This document shows positions 61,800 to 64,000 of a stretch of 64,000 nt of DNA, piece by piece (the stretch's first letter is position 1; each line of letters begins with the position of its first letter). A program made the translations under genes and the position numbers. The DNA is taken from positions 2,356,001-2,420,000 of the forward strand of contig JAYWIR010000028.1 of NCBI GenBank assembly GCA_036172245.1, given 5' to 3'. The stretch is from Raillietiella orientalis. Lineage: Eukaryota. Below the pieces are notes generated by a model that did no database searches, was not told where the DNA came from, and saw only the letters and a list, made by a program, of their open reading frames with translations.

Positions 61800-63900
61800 A
61801 TTAGGTCACATGACTGTCACCGGCTAGTCGAGATCTCGAGTCCCCAAGAGCGATCCCGTCCCCCAAGAGTGGCATAAACTCCAGGAACGCACGCGAACCT
61901 TCTCGGCAAGATGGTGGTGGTGGTAGCGTCAGAAATCCGATGCCCCCCAGACGTCCACTGGAAGCGCTGACCAGTACACCCTCCGAACGAGTGAGTGAAG
62001 ACCAACCTGGCCGGGTCGCCGGAGGAAGACCGAGGCAGGCCGCGTGATGCCGACGATCCTCGAGCAAGCTGGCTTGGGGGGAGCCTCTTAGTGCCGAGCC
62101 AAAGGCTAAAGGATCGACCCACGAACCCACGAAACTACACTCTCGCTTCACCCCCGGAGCACCCCCACTCTTGTAGCAGCTCTCTGCCACTGCCGACGAA
62201 GAGCAAAGGTATAAAAAACGGTGAAAGCTGTGGAGGAAAGCTACTGCCGTTTGCTTGCGGAGGAGATGCGAGAGAGGGATCTGAGGTGATCCCGAAGCAA
62301 CGAAGGGATGCGTCCTCTTCACGAGGATTCGCGGATGAAGTAACATGCTCAAGCTGTCGCCCGCTCGGAACCAAAAAGATCCCTCCAGACTAGGGATAAT
62401 CACGAAAGGAGCGAGAGGAGGCAGCGCAGGAGAACGAAGGGACAATCTGAGAGAAAGAGTTCTTCGGCAGGTCTGAACAGGACTGTTTCTGAAAGGAAGA
62501 GGAAAGAGAAGAAGACGTACAGGATAAAACTAGCTGGGATGCCATGTTCTGGAATCCCCCGCGAATGGAAACACACAAACACACGAAGGATGCTGCGCCC
62601 AGATCCGCATTCTCCCGGGGAAAGAGAGACCTCGGAGTGGTAAGTTCTCAGCACGCTCAGTGCAAGAAGATGAAGGGTGGAGCAGAGGAAACCTTCGTTC
62701 CAGACAAGGAAGGCATCGGAGGGAGTTTCGGGAGCAAAGAATCGAGAAGGAAGCGGAAAGACTGGTCGAGAGAAAGACCATGGGATCCGTCGACTGCATC
62801 TGTATTCAGGGCTGATCCGCTCTTCAGTGCACCCGTCTTGCTCGTTCGCCTGCATACCACCGCACGAGAGCGTTGCCCGTCTTCCTAAGGAAACCTTCCG
62901 AGTGCGTGAACAAGGGCCGGTTGCTTCTTTCACCCGCTCGGGACGCCCGGTCTTTGCAGAGGGGATTTTCGATAGTCCCTCAAAGACGTCGCTGCCCGAG
63001 GGTGAGATTAAGCGTCCGACAAGGTGTGCGCTTCGCGTATTTGCTCCTCCTCCTCCTATCTCGAGAAAGGAAAGAAAAAGGAACCCTTCCCTTCGCTGTT
63101 TCGTTCCTGGGCTCCCAAATTCCTAAGGACCTTTTCAACGTCCTCCGCTCTCCTCCTGTCAAGAGCATACCAGTCCGTGTCTCCGAACGTCCTTATTTTG
63201 CGGTCGCAGCGCGGGGTGCAACCGACCTTCTGCGGAAGCTCCGGCATTTCAGCCGCAGGAGCCTCGGCGCTCCTTCCGCCTCTTCCGCACGTTCGAAAGC
63301 CACGTGGGGGAATGTTTCTCTCCGATCCAAGCACTTTTACTGACGGGTGGTGGTGGATCTCCACCTCGGCAAGACTTGAGCGGGAGCTGGCTGACATCCA
63401 CAGAGCGTTCAGATCACCTCCCTCGCTCCCGGTGACAAATGTGCTCGGGCGCCTTGACGGAGGAGGGGATTTCTGGGAGCTCGATGAAAGTCTCGCTCAT
63501 GCGAGGGGACCTGAAGCTCTCGAAAGCAGCGTTTGCCTTCGAAGGGACCGTCCTAACGAGCAAAGTGGCATTCATCTCCGCGCGAGACATCTCTGCGGGC
63601 GAAGAAACGGAAGCCAGATCAGGAACGCACGACTGCCAGCTAACGACCGATACGCAGGCGTTGCGTCCCGTTCTGCATTTCTGCGTCTGGGGTCTACAGC
63701 AGCTTCCTACACCTTCCTTACCACTCTTGTGCCACGCAAGAAAGGATAACTTCATGATGCGTGAACGCAGGCGCGGTGGAAGCTTTGGACCTCAAGCCGG
63801 GAAGACTCGGCAACCGGGAATCGGGTAGCAGTGGGTTGAGCGGCACCCACAGAGCCAGGAATCCTCGAGCAATCGAGGATTTCCGGAGGCGTCTCGGAAA
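61800..63900 (-). mobile_element. Probable degenerate LINE ORF2 relic in slo intron
   Basis: Weak motifs KANAAFESF, LRDYRKSPL, GSPQASLL in RT order. Confidence 0.3.
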
Positions 63901-64000
63901 GTTCCACGGACCTGCAAATGCCCTGCCGTGCGCTAGAGGTCGCTGAAGAATCCAAGGAAAAAAAAATCTTCAGCGATCAGATCCTTCACGATTTCTATGA

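Noticed and set aside
59461..64000. slo S6/linker exons (site A)
   Set aside because: No FAS.IPE or KYGG-like coding found on the minus strand; presumably beyond the window.

Overview
Eukaryotic (arthropod, probably crustacean) genomic DNA with two recognisable host genes, both on the minus strand. (1) The 3' two-thirds of slowpoke (slo/KCNMA1, BK channel alpha subunit), 59460 down to 35051. I read 15 exons with GT-AG boundaries and consistent phases, including a mutually exclusive 113-nt pair and two cassette exons. One linking exon is only tentatively located, and the transmembrane exons lie beyond the window. (2) A complete SNRNP27 (149 aa, 3 coding exons, 21569-17832) in an AT-rich, CpG-poor block. 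The rest is mostly decayed transposable elements: three related Tx1/L1-like LINE copies, a NeSL/Utopia-like RLE LINE, jockey/I-like relics, hAT and pogo relics, and four copies of a ~650-750 bp tRNA-headed SINE. Most notable: a 5'-truncated Tx1-like copy sits exactly at the 3' terminus of a relative between identical 17-mers, and the family shares a covarying 3'-UTR stem-loop; intronic complementary elements could loop out or mask slo exon E2; and near-perfect palindromes cluster in the first 6 kb. All calls are by eye. Family assignments of decayed elements rest on remembered motifs, not database searches.
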